A stretch of 64,000 nt of DNA from a virus. A model generated the notes under the pieces. It did no database searches. It was not told the DNA's origin and saw only the letters and a list, made by a program, of their open reading frames with translations. The stretch lies in the IMG/VR virus record IMGVR_UViG_3300023296_001674; one strand, given 5' to 3'. This document shows positions 10,387 through 20,437 of this stretch, in pieces. The stretch's first letter is position 1; each line of letters starts with the position of its first letter. A program made the translations under genes and the position numbers.

Positions 10387-12292
10387 AATAATAAAATTAG
10401 ATCAGTATATATCTGAATATGTTAACATGCAGCAGCCTAACATAACTGCCGGTATGATGTCTGCATATGATATAACTGAAGAACAAGCAAATATCATACA
10501 AGAGAAACTATCAGAAAAACAATGGTTTGAATTAAGTGGAACATTTGCCAATGATAAGCTTAGTGTTATGGAAAAAACCAACAGTATAAGACAGATGGTT
10601 GATCCTATTTTATCAGTAGAAAGAAATCTTCAAATGGAAGATTTGTTCAATGGTATTAGTATTGCCGAAGATTATAACTATCGCCGTTCTATGACAAGTG
10701 AAATGGCTCGCGGTAGCGCAATGGATTGGCTCGAAGAAAATGGTATTGATTATCTTATAGATAATTCTGGAAATTTTGCTGTTAAATGTAATGATAGAAA
10801 GACACATTATCGTGTTAATAGACAGTTTGAGCATATTTTAGGTAAATGGGACGCACCAAAGGCGGGAACAAATGTTGATCCTGCTATTCGTCAGAAAGCA
10901 CTTACTGTTGACATGAAAGGCAATGTACTTCGTGACGCAATCAATGAAACAGGGCTTAATGAAGCCGCACAAGATGGTTCTATGCCATTAGATATGTCTG
11001 GCACCCCACCGATGTTTCCTGCTGTTGGTGATGGCGACATGACTGATGGAGCATCACCCACGTTTGAGAACACCGAGGATGGTGCGATTCAAATATTGGG
11101 TGATTATATGAATTTCAGTTCCGAAATATATGTAGAACGATTGGAAGAAGAAGCAAATGAATGGTTGGTGTGCGACGATGCTGTTGAAAAGTCGTTTGTT
11201 GTTGATACTGATAAAGGTTGCTTTGAAGAGATTCAATATATATGTGAACAGAATTTTAGTAGAGGTAATACCGGCAATACGCAAGGATTTGGAACTGCGG
11301 GTGATTCAGTTCATACAAAACGTGGTTATATGTTTGATCCTAGTGGTAGACCGGTTGACCCAGATGGTAATCCTGTCGATCCAGTGAGTAATGTATCTAA
11401 AGAAAAATCGGGGAAATTTACAGATATATCAACCGATGAATTTAATGCTGTAAAATCAGAAGAAGACAAAATTAATCTTATGGTTAAGCATGGAATTATT
11501 GATACGGAAAAAGTGCCAGAAAGATATTGGAGTAATTTCATAGCAACACATTATAATGAAACCGTTCCAAAAATATTGGCAATTCGTGCCAAAGGTGGCA
11601 ATGATGGTGTTAAAGAAGCAAATAATAAAACAAAACCAAAAGTGGCAAAAACTAGAAATCCATATGCACCACATTTAAAAAGAAAAGGTCATATGGTTGA
11701 GCCAGATGCTACGAATTATAAACGAAATCCAAAGCATAAACCCAATTATAAAGATGTGCACGAAGGTGTGATGGGTGCTGCTACTGGTATGACGGGAATG
11801 CAAACATTGGGTATGCACAAATTGCGTAAAATGTCAGGATTTCCTGATGCATCTATGACAGTTATTGAAATAGACCCATTTGAGCAACCCGTAAAAAACG
11901 AACCACTTGTTACTCATGGCAGCGAAATACATGACATGAACGACGCATTAGATCATCTTAATGAAGTGTTTAATATATATAAAACATTGAATGGTGAAGC
12001 CAAAACAGAACTTCGATTGAACCTTATCAATACAATAATGGACGACGGTTCAAAACTAAGTGAATCAGTTATCGGATTATTGTTGAACAATAAATCATCC
12101 GTGTTGTTAGAATACAATGATGATGGTGAAATGTTATCAGTTGAAGATAAAGAATATTTGAATATGGTATTATCTGATATAAAAGGTTCTATAATGGAAG
12201 ATATTTCAATAAGTGATAATGATGTAAGTGTGCCATTATCGAGAATAGCGTATTTGCTAGAAGCTTTACAACATCAAATGGAAATAGAATAA
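10376..12292 (+). CDS. Large multi-segment head/core protein
   Basis: Many I/L/V-x-E sites (INE, LNE, ICE, VKE, VHE, LSE, LLE) between low-complexity segments. Confidence 0.55.
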   Translation: MTAKIIKLDQYISEYVNMQQPNITAGMMSAYDITEEQANIIQEKLSEKQWFELSGTFANDKLSVMEKTNSIRQMVDPILSVERNLQMEDLFNGISIAEDYNYRRSMTSEMARGSAMDWLEENGIDYLIDNSGNFAVKCNDRKTHYRVNRQFEHILGKWDAPKAGTNVDPAIRQKALTVDMKGNVLRDAINETGLNEAAQDGSMPLDMSGTPPMFPAVGDGDMTDGASPTFENTEDGAIQILGDYMNFSSEIYVERLEEEANEWLVCDDAVEKSFVVDTDKGCFEEIQYICEQNFSRGNTGNTQGFGTAGDSVHTKRGYMFDPSGRPVDPDGNPVDPVSNVSKEKSGKFTDISTDEFNAVKSEEDKINLMVKHGIIDTEKVPERYWSNFIATHYNETVPKILAIRAKGGNDGVKEANNKTKPKVAKTRNPYAPHLKRKGHMVEPDATNYKRNPKHKPNYKDVHEGVMGAATGMTGMQTLGMHKLRKMSGFPDASMTVIEIDPFEQPVKNEPLVTHGSEIHDMNDALDHLNEVFNIYKTLNGEAKTELRLNLINTIMDDGSKLSESVIGLLLNNKSSVLLEYNDDGEMLSVEDKEYLNMVLSDIKGSIMEDISISDNDVSVPLSRIAYLLEALQHQMEIE

Positions 12293-12510
12293 TGAAATTA
12301 TGGGAACTGGCGCATGGATTAATGATTTCTCTTACGAACGAAGAAGATGAATTATTGAATAAAATGATGGAAGATGATAAAGTAGTATTAAGTGAACGTG
12401 AAGAAGTTGTTGCGCAACACTTAACACAAAAAAGTGTATTCATACGTGAAGAAACTGATGAAAAATATATTTTCACAGTTAATTATCGTATAGACACGTG
12501 GCGCGATTAA
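12292..12510 (+). CDS. Small hypothetical late protein
   Basis: Translationally coupled ORF. Confidence 0.65.
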   Translation: MKLWELAHGLMISLTNEEDELLNKMMEDDKVVLSEREEVVAQHLTQKSVFIREETDEKYIFTVNYRIDTWRD

Positions 12511-12542
12511 ATAGATCGATATAATATTAAAGGTATAATAGA

Positions 12543-13247
12543 ATGGTAAGTCGCGAAGAAGTTAGTGAAATGGAACGATTGAATAGGATCATGAAAGGTG
12601 AGCGCCCAGCGCCCACTGCTACTACTATGACAACAAGCGCTGGTGGCCCAAATCCTGATGCTATAATACTTCAAAAAGGCCCATCATCGGCTGATGTTTC
12701 GGATATGGCTAAAATAATGGAGAATTTCTCTGGTGCTACCGGTGTAACAAGTTTTAAAAGTTTACATGATAATGCAACAACGGCAGTTAATGAATTAGTT
12801 AATACTGCACATGTTGCTCCAGTATTGAACGAAGCCTTACGCACCACTCAAACAGATACTGGTGTTAAGATTGGCGTTTGGGAAATAACAAAACATCAAC
12901 GTGAAGGTATGGCGATTAAACCGGATATTATATATAAAGTTAATAATACCAATACTGGACAAAAAATAAAAGCATCATTTATGGTTTTGGAATCTGCTAG
13001 GTCTGTTGTTAAGTTGCTTAATAATGGTGCGGATTTTTCACATCCTGTTATTAAACAAATTGCACAATTTGAAATAGATTATCGTACAACTCGAACACGA
13101 GCATTAGAAGAGAAAGCGTGTTGGCAGCGTGCTAAGAAGAAAAATAGTGAATTTAAGATGAATTTATATGAAGCCAAATTTGATGCGGCTAAAAATAAAA
13201 CACTATTAATACGAGAACGTATCATTAACGTTTTTAATAAAATATAA
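12543..13247 (+). CDS. Hypothetical late protein
   Basis: ORF with AAGG RBS. Confidence 0.65.
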   Translation: MVSREEVSEMERLNRIMKGERPAPTATTMTTSAGGPNPDAIILQKGPSSADVSDMAKIMENFSGATGVTSFKSLHDNATTAVNELVNTAHVAPVLNEALRTTQTDTGVKIGVWEITKHQREGMAIKPDIIYKVNNTNTGQKIKASFMVLESARSVVKLLNNGADFSHPVIKQIAQFEIDYRTTRTRALEEKACWQRAKKKNSEFKMNLYEAKFDAAKNKTLLIRERIINVFNKI

Positions 13248-13306
13248 ACATACTACATAATGAATATTACTGAATAATTACATAATAAAGCGTAAAGGAG
13301 TTTACT

Positions 13307-13801
13307 GTGCCGGATTCTATAACAAATAGCGACACCAAAAACGTAGAAATAATCGAAGACGACGTTGATGTTAGTCAACTTGAAACACTTGAGGAACAAA
13401 AATTATATTGCGGAAAAATGCTTGATGGTATATTATATGAAGAAAATAAATTAAATAATAGATTGATAACTGTTGGGTCAGTTAATAATACAGTTCAAGC
13501 GGATGATAGAATAGCATCTTCGTTTGGTGAATATTTGGGTTATAATTACGGAAGAATGGATGCTTCAAAAGGTGTTTTTTCAAGCGTGTTAATCAATCTT
13601 GGTAATTTCATCGAAGGTTCCTTGGATACAGTAGATCATGGTGCGAGAGGAATGTATATAAATTTATGGTATAATTTAGGATTATCCAGTTTGAATGATT
13701 TCGCTGAATGTTTAATAGAGTTAGAAAAAATAGAAACCGACGTGATTGAATTAGCGATGAAAGAAGGTAAAGATTTATTAACGTTAGAAGCAATACACTA
13801 A
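13307..13801 (+). CDS. Hypothetical protein
   Basis: AAGGAG RBS before a GTG start. Confidence 0.6.
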   Translation: MPDSITNSDTKNVEIIEDDVDVSQLETLEEQKLYCGKMLDGILYEENKLNNRLITVGSVNNTVQADDRIASSFGEYLGYNYGRMDASKGVFSSVLINLGNFIEGSLDTVDHGARGMYINLWYNLGLSSLNDFAECLIELEKIETDVIELAMKEGKDLLTLEAIH

Positions 13802-13818
13802 TACAATGGAGATATACA

Positions 13819-14208
13819 ATGAGTAAAATAATAGAATCAGATTGTGGTAATGTTACAACTTTGGCTGGCGACGAAACACCAGATGAAGTGTATGTATCTG
13901 ACACTGCAAAAATAAAAGTTGCAGAAATATTGGCATCTGAAGAAGATGATGATTTGTTTTTGCGCATAGGTGTGTATGGCGGCGGTTGTTCAGGATTTCA
14001 ATATAAATTTGGGTTGCATAATGAAATAGATGATGACGATTTTGTTATTGAATGGGATGATGGAAAAGTAGTTGTCGATTCCATGAGTATATCATATATG
14101 AAAGGCGCAACTGTTGACTTTATTAAAGATTTAATGAGTGAACATTTTTCTATTGTTAACCCTGGTGTTTCATCAAGTTGTGGCTGCGGTGAAAGTTTTT
14201 CGGTGTAA
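13819..14208 (+). CDS. erpA: A-type Fe-S cluster carrier (ErpA/IscA/HesB family)
   Basis: LRIGVYGGGCSGFQY and C-terminal SSCGCGESF. Confidence 0.92.
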   Translation: MSKIIESDCGNVTTLAGDETPDEVYVSDTAKIKVAEILASEEDDDLFLRIGVYGGGCSGFQYKFGLHNEIDDDDFVIEWDDGKVVVDSMSISYMKGATVDFIKDLMSEHFSIVNPGVSSSCGCGESFSV

Positions 14209-14280
14209 TGACGCTGTGCGTATAATTCATATAATTAATAAATAATAAGTAGTTATAGAAAATAAATGGATTGATATGTT

Positions 14281-15717
14281 ATGAATTTGGATGATTTAAA
14301 TAGCACCACTGATACAAATAGAAAACTCGCTAAATTAGCGGAAACGTTAAACAAAGATTTTAACGTTGATATTTCTATATATGAAACACTGGATGCTTCA
14401 GATTTGGTTAATTATTTAACTGATTTAAAACAGGCTAAATCTAAAATTATGCTTGAATCTTCATTCAATGATTATCATAGTAATCCAGCATATACACAAA
14501 ACATTATGCTATCAGAAGCATTACGAATGCTTTTAACTGAAATACACCCAAAACGTAAACAATCCTCTAATAAAATGGACGAAACTTTAGATTATAAAGT
14601 GTATCCAGCAACCGGTGTTATGGTTGATGTAGAAAATGCTGACACAATGGATGCTTGTGCGCAAAACACACAATCAGATGTCGGAACTAATGAACAACAA
14701 ACAGGGGTTTATGTCGCCGTAATGAATCCTGATCGATTTTTGGGCGACAAAGAAGTAAACATAATGTCGATTGAACCATTTGTTACATCACAGAACGAAG
14801 TAAGCCCGTTAAGCCGAAAAGTCTCTCGTATAATGGTGGATACCGACGAACAAATCAACGAGGATGCTGATGAAATGACAACAAAAACAGAAGATATAAT
14901 CAAAGGACTAGGTGGTCTTTTGGAAAGTTCACTGTTGAATGAAAATGAATTGCAGCGTGCTGAAATCGTTTTTGCAACAAATGACTTGGTTATGCGTTTA
15001 GGAAAAATGATTGAAGACCTTAGTAAAATGGGAACTGATGACATTATGCCATTGGTTGACGGTTTGCGTGAAAATTACGGCGGCGCGGTTGCTGTTAAAT
15101 TCAGCCAAGACGCTGAAGAAAAAATACACGATGCTACAAAAGGCGTCGACGCTATGAAAGACATGTTGGATAGATATAGAGAGAAATTCGAAGGGCGTAT
15201 ATCTGACGAAGATGCACAACAGCCTATCGATTTGGCTACTATGCAAGGTGGCGACGATGAGGCTATGATGGCACCAGAGTTGGGTGATTTAAGTGCTGAA
15301 CCAGATGACGATCTTAGTATGGATAATCCAGATGTCGGATTAGATATGGAAGACGGTGCAGATGAGCCATTGGGTCGAGCATTAAAAGAATCTAAAGTTG
15401 TTAACATTGCTGGTAAAAAAATTAAATTGACGTTAGAGCAAATTGAAGTGTTGCATAAAGCAAAGCAACTTACTGAAAAAATCAACGTATTAAACACTGC
15501 CGCAGTAATCGACATACCAAGCACCACTTATCTTAATTTGGGTGGTAAAAAAATACGTATTACTGAATCGCAATTGAAATCACTATTGTTCGCTAAATCA
15601 TTCAAGCAGCGTGTTGATGAGAAAAAAGCAAACAATGTTAAATTATCAGAAAAGCAAGCAAGGATGTTAGTTCAGGCTAAAATGTTAACACAAAAAATCG
15701 GCAAATTGGTAAAATAA
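14281..15717 (+). CDS. Probable prohead core/scaffold-like protein
   Basis: Acidic linker, many L/I-x-E sites, repeated GKKIK/RI.E.Q modules at the C-terminus. Confidence 0.5.
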   Translation: MNLDDLNSTTDTNRKLAKLAETLNKDFNVDISIYETLDASDLVNYLTDLKQAKSKIMLESSFNDYHSNPAYTQNIMLSEALRMLLTEIHPKRKQSSNKMDETLDYKVYPATGVMVDVENADTMDACAQNTQSDVGTNEQQTGVYVAVMNPDRFLGDKEVNIMSIEPFVTSQNEVSPLSRKVSRIMVDTDEQINEDADEMTTKTEDIIKGLGGLLESSLLNENELQRAEIVFATNDLVMRLGKMIEDLSKMGTDDIMPLVDGLRENYGGAVAVKFSQDAEEKIHDATKGVDAMKDMLDRYREKFEGRISDEDAQQPIDLATMQGGDDEAMMAPELGDLSAEPDDDLSMDNPDVGLDMEDGADEPLGRALKESKVVNIAGKKIKLTLEQIEVLHKAKQLTEKINVLNTAAVIDIPSTTYLNLGGKKIRITESQLKSLLFAKSFKQRVDEKKANNVKLSEKQARMLVQAKMLTQKIGKLVK

Positions 15718-15733
15718 CAAAGAGAACAATGGT

Positions 15734-16144
15734 ATGCTTATAAGTGAATTATTAGATAACAAAGTAACGAGTATTATAAGTGAATCTGATGATTTTGTTC
15801 TTAAAAGCGCATTGAATGCTATAATATTGGATGTAAGAGAACGATTACAGAATAACAGTGAGTATCCGGTTGATATATATGGCGTCATTAAAGCGCTTAA
15901 TGCAAGATCGGCATTTTTAGCTATCGATCCAAATGATAATGATCGCAGGGTTATTATTATGCAAGAATTTGAAGAACATGGTATGAGTGTAGAACAAGGG
16001 TCAGGAAAAATATCATTGGCGAGTGAAGAAGAACCTCAAACCGATGCACAAGAAACAGAACAAGAAAAGCAATCGCAAGAAGTTGGAAAAAAAGCGATGG
16101 ATAATATTAAAAAAGATAGCGAAAACGGCGCAGCCGAATTATAA
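15734..16144 (+). CDS. Hypothetical head protein (MLISELL leader)
   Basis: Leader motif and ISE site. Confidence 0.6.
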   Translation: MLISELLDNKVTSIISESDDFVLKSALNAIILDVRERLQNNSEYPVDIYGVIKALNARSAFLAIDPNDNDRRVIIMQEFEEHGMSVEQGSGKISLASEEEPQTDAQETEQEKQSQEVGKKAMDNIKKDSENGAAEL

Positions 16145-16159
16145 AGGAAAGGATTTAAC

Positions 16160-17341
16160 ATGAGTGAAGAACTTGATCGTATTAAAAAAATGGCTGGTCT
16201 TGAACCTGCTACTATAGCAGAAAAAGTTGAATTGAATGCGGCAGCGTCTGTTGAAGAAGTTCCGTTTAGCCATAAAGATCACGTGGAAAATGTGAAAAAA
16301 ACAAAACTTAAAGCATCTATAGAAGAACCCGGTGCGACTAATTTAAAAGGCGCAATTACCGCAGTTGCTACTGGTGATTTGACTCTTGATGATGGAAAAA
16401 TATCAGAAGCAAAATTTGGCATATTAAAAACATTGGACGAAAGTTCTGCTGAAAAGAAAGCTGGTCGTAAAGCGGCAGGTTCATATGGTAGACCTGGTTC
16501 TAAAGCGCAAAAACAGGCTGCTTCTAAATCCTCTAGAAAATCTGGAAAAAATGATATAAAAGATCAAAAAGTTGATGAAGATCGTGATTTTTCAAAACAT
16601 AGTGATAAGACATTGGCTAACATGATAAGCCAATTTAATAGAGATGGTACCGCAGTTCCACGTGACTTACAAAATGAATTCACAAAGCGCGAAAATAACG
16701 CAGTTCATGAAAGCATTATGTTTTCGAAAGGTTCGTTAGAGCGCGATATGGTTGAAATGATTTTTGATGAAATGAAACTTGGTAAAAATGCAACAGAAAT
16801 ATCTGAATCATTATCTTTTTCATTGAATGATGTAGAATCTGTATATAATCATATTAAAAAAAAAGTCAATGAAGGCTATACAGTTCTCCCACCAATAACC
16901 GATCAAGAAAAAGAACGTTATGTTAATAGAGAACATGAAGGTCTGGAGGGGCCATTTCGTTTGCGTTCTGGAAAGTTTGTTTATTATGATAAAAAAGCAG
17001 GCAAATATTATGATTCTGATACCGATTTGTATATTAGTGACGAAGATTATTTTGCACACGATAAGCCATCCGATTCTATAGCTGAATCCGAACCTAATGA
17101 TGATGCAGTTAAGTATGGCGTCGAATATGGACGTAAATATTTAGAATCAGAAGAAGCACTTGTGATTTTATCCGATTTAAGAAGTGGATTGCTTGATGCA
17201 AATGAAGCCGCAGGTGCAGAGCACGATTTGATGCAAAACCTTGAAGGAAATATCACAAACGGTCTCAGTGGTGCAGAAATGAATGCAACCGAAGGTGATG
17301 TAAAACAAGCAATGGATATAGTAATAGGCAAATATATATAA
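16160..17341 (+). CDS. Multi-segment head protein
   Basis: ELDRIKKMAGL N-terminus; ISE, LDE, VDE, VHE, VNE, IAE separators; GLEGPF...YYD.K.GKYYD module. Confidence 0.6.
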   Translation: MSEELDRIKKMAGLEPATIAEKVELNAAASVEEVPFSHKDHVENVKKTKLKASIEEPGATNLKGAITAVATGDLTLDDGKISEAKFGILKTLDESSAEKKAGRKAAGSYGRPGSKAQKQAASKSSRKSGKNDIKDQKVDEDRDFSKHSDKTLANMISQFNRDGTAVPRDLQNEFTKRENNAVHESIMFSKGSLERDMVEMIFDEMKLGKNATEISESLSFSLNDVESVYNHIKKKVNEGYTVLPPITDQEKERYVNREHEGLEGPFRLRSGKFVYYDKKAGKYYDSDTDLYISDEDYFAHDKPSDSIAESEPNDDAVKYGVEYGRKYLESEEALVILSDLRSGLLDANEAAGAEHDLMQNLEGNITNGLSGAEMNATEGDVKQAMDIVIGKYI

Positions 17342-17413
17342 TTTTTATATTTGACGTTTAAGTATAGAACCCTGTATAGTATGTTTAAATAACTATATAG
17401 GGTTTTTTCATTT

Positions 17414-18118
17414 ATGGAAGCAAACATGGTAAACAGAGTAAACAAATACGACTACGCAGAATTTAACAATATAGACAATAAAGAAACCGGAAAACGTGTA
17501 TATGCGTGTCCAGATGGATCATTTCTTCCTTCGGTTACAACAATTCTATCTGCAACAAAAGATATGACATTTTTAGATCAATGGAGAGCACGCATCGGCG
17601 ATGCAGAGGCAGACCGTCAAGTTCATGAGGCGGTTACTATTGGTACATTAATGCATGAAAGTGTAGAACAGCACATATTAGGCGAAGAACGCAAAATAAA
17701 AGGCAATTTGGTGCACCGTAAAGCCCGTCAGTTAGCGGATAGAATCATTACGCGTGGACTATCCAGCGTTGATGAGGTATGGGGTGTAGAGATACCTCTA
17801 TACTTTCCTGGTGCATATGCAGGTAGAACCGATTTGATCGGACAGTTCGACGGTGTTCCATCTATTATGGATCACAAAAACTCCAAAAAAATAAAAAAAG
17901 AAGAATGGGTTGAAGATTATTATATACAAGGTTGTGCATATTGTTTAGCGCACAATGAGATATATGGTTCTAATATACGCCAAGTTGTGTTGTTTATGGC
18001 TTCACGTGAAGATGATGATTATAAGACATATATGCTCAATGGTGATAAATTTGACGATTTTACCGACAAATGGATTAGAAAACTTGAAGATTTTATGCTT
18101 AATCAAGATGGTGAATAA
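17414..18118 (+). CDS. PD-(D/E)XK (Cas4/lambda-exonuclease-like) exonuclease
   Basis: LPSVTTIL, GT.MH, E..L...YAGRTD, IMDHK, Q..AY. Confidence 0.88.
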   Translation: MEANMVNRVNKYDYAEFNNIDNKETGKRVYACPDGSFLPSVTTILSATKDMTFLDQWRARIGDAEADRQVHEAVTIGTLMHESVEQHILGEERKIKGNLVHRKARQLADRIITRGLSSVDEVWGVEIPLYFPGAYAGRTDLIGQFDGVPSIMDHKNSKKIKKEEWVEDYYIQGCAYCLAHNEIYGSNIRQVVLFMASREDDDYKTYMLNGDKFDDFTDKWIRKLEDFMLNQDGE

Positions 18119-18156
18119 AATAAATACAATAGAATATATATTAGAGGTATAATACG

Positions 18157-19902
18157 GTGACGATACAGCAAATTTCAAGAATACAGCACCGACGTGGGTT
18201 GCGTATAGATTTACCGGCTTCATTAAATGATGCTGAATTTGGTTGGGCAGATGATACGCGAGAACTTTTTATTGGTAACGGAACCGAATCATCAGTTCCT
18301 GGTAATACACAGATATTAACCGAAGAGACATCAGCCTCAGTATTACAATATTCATATATCAGTAATATTGGCGCTAATGCTATTACGGGTTTTGAGCGAG
18401 AGCCGCTTGATCCATATGTACCAAGTGCAAACTATCCAACAATTCGATCATATCAAGAAAAATTCGATGATTTCGTTAGTGTATTAGATTATGGCGCGAT
18501 TGGCGATGGCTCAGTTGATGATGCCGCTGCAATCCGTCGTGCAATGTTCGATCTTTATGATGAAACAGGATCGCCCGTTGCAGCACAAAGAAAATTTAGA
18601 TCATTATATTTTCCTGCTGGAACATATGCATTAGAGAAAGAAATATTATTATATCCTAATGCAGTCATGATAGGAGATGGTCCCGGTAGAACGATTTTTA
18701 AATTGACAAATGCTGGCGTTTTAGATGTTGGTGGTGATGGTGATTGTGTAGCAAGAACCGTTGATAGTAAAGGTCAAATTGGCGCAGCGATTGACGCCAG
18801 TGCTGTTTATGATCCCGGTAATATAAACGTAACCGGTATTACTTTTGAAAGCGAAACATCGAATATCGGTGGTTATTTATTGGGTGAAATAGATATAGTT
18901 AAATTAGAAGATGCGTTAAATGTTAATTTCGTTGATTGTGATTTTATAGGAACTTGGGTATTGGGTGCAACTTCATTATCTAGGGCTATTCATATAGATA
19001 AACCGGGTTCAACTGTTCCTGATATTGGTTCATATACTTTTGATAATTGTTTATTTTCAAAAAATGGCGTTGGGTTTGAACCAGTATTTGCTTCATCGAA
19101 TGTATATGTTGTAAACTCAAGATTTGATACATTAGAAAGTGGTTTCATTTTGGGCGATTCTAATACATTGGATATTAGTTTATATAGAGTATCGCATAGC
19201 ATTTTTGAAACCATTGAAGATATTGGTTTTGACGTACAGACGATGGGTGTAGGAAATATTTCAACATACAATCATTATCGTGGAAATGGCGGCTCTGATT
19301 ATAGTATTGCAGCGGTAAGATTTGCAGGATTGACCGATTTTACGGTACCAACGGATACTACATCTGGTGGTGTTAGTTTGGGTGATATATTTGATATCGT
19401 TACTGTATTTGATTGCGATGATAAATTGACAAATACTCGTGTTCAGAATAGATCATTGAATAACATTGTAATGAATAATCAAGATGCGTTTCAAATACCT
19501 ATCGGATTTTGTGGTAATATTACAATAGAAGGTGATGTTACTATTACTGGAACATTATTATCTGGTGGAACAGCTATAACTGGTTCTGGTGGAACACCAG
19601 TTATAATCATTCCGTATATTGCATCAACGGGTGAAGCTATATTTTTTGATTACGTTATGAGAGTGCCAACCGAAGAAGTTTTTCGTGTTGGAACATTGCG
19701 CGTTGTTCATGATGGTTTGGGATTAGTGTCTGGTATATCATATGATGAAACATATGCAGAGTTAAATGGACCACCTACGCAACCTATTGCATTAGAAGCC
19801 AAGTTTGCAGCACTTGATACAATTGAAGTTACAGTGATCGATCCACTTGGACAGGCATTATTGCCATCATTTAACTTCCTACCAAGATCGATTAGATTAT
19901 AA
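18157..19902 (+). CDS. Tail fibre/spike with right-handed beta-helix (pectate lyase 3-like)
   Basis: N-terminal IQHRRG..LP..L..AEFGW..D.RELFIGNG anchor; VSVLDYGAIGDG..DD..AI..A and LYFPAGTY. Confidence 0.85.
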   Translation: MTIQQISRIQHRRGLRIDLPASLNDAEFGWADDTRELFIGNGTESSVPGNTQILTEETSASVLQYSYISNIGANAITGFEREPLDPYVPSANYPTIRSYQEKFDDFVSVLDYGAIGDGSVDDAAAIRRAMFDLYDETGSPVAAQRKFRSLYFPAGTYALEKEILLYPNAVMIGDGPGRTIFKLTNAGVLDVGGDGDCVARTVDSKGQIGAAIDASAVYDPGNINVTGITFESETSNIGGYLLGEIDIVKLEDALNVNFVDCDFIGTWVLGATSLSRAIHIDKPGSTVPDIGSYTFDNCLFSKNGVGFEPVFASSNVYVVNSRFDTLESGFILGDSNTLDISLYRVSHSIFETIEDIGFDVQTMGVGNISTYNHYRGNGGSDYSIAAVRFAGLTDFTVPTDTTSGGVSLGDIFDIVTVFDCDDKLTNTRVQNRSLNNIVMNNQDAFQIPIGFCGNITIEGDVTITGTLLSGGTAITGSGGTPVIIIPYIASTGEAIFFDYVMRVPTEEVFRVGTLRVVHDGLGLVSGISYDETYAELNGPPTQPIALEAKFAALDTIEVTVIDPLGQALLPSFNFLPRSIRL

Positions 19903-19921
19903 ACCACATATTGGAAAAACA

Positions 19922-20383
19922 ATGCAACCATACTTGCTTTCACCAGAAGACAGGATAAGACATTGGAAAGAATATAGACTTTCCTTAGACGACACCATGA
20001 ACGACATGGAACAATTATTAAATACGATGCATTATTGGAATCAATATCCAATAATAAATCGATATATCGATCCCTATAGTCCTGAGACGTGGCCTACTTC
20101 ATGGGAGATGATTTACGCCAACGAATATTGCAAGTCTTCGTTGGCATTTTTAATGGAGCAAACATTGTTATTGGGATTTGATAATAGATGGACTGTGGAT
20201 AGATTAAAAATGTTTTATATCGACGACACTGCGTTAAGTGACGCATTTATCGTGTTAGTCATTGATAATAAACATGTATTAAATTATGATCAAGACCAAA
20301 TAATTAATTTGGATTCTATAGTAAAAACATGTATAATACGTCATGAATACTTACTTGAAGATAGTAAACATATTATAATCTAA
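19922..20383 (+). CDS. Conserved hypothetical tail-associated protein
   Basis: Probable ATG at 19922; WPT.WEMI..N.YC motif. Confidence 0.6.
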   Translation: MQPYLLSPEDRIRHWKEYRLSLDDTMNDMEQLLNTMHYWNQYPIINRYIDPYSPETWPTSWEMIYANEYCKSSLAFLMEQTLLLGFDNRWTVDRLKMFYIDDTALSDAFIVLVIDNKHVLNYDQDQIINLDSIVKTCIIRHEYLLEDSKHIII

Positions 20384-20437
20384 GATCGTATAAATATAAA
20401 ACATAAACAATAAAATAGAAAAATAGGAAAATACAAT

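Noticed and set aside
17414-18118. Cas4 / CRISPR adaptation gene
   Set aside because: No Fe-S cysteine cluster or array; ordinary phage PD-(D/E)XK exonuclease
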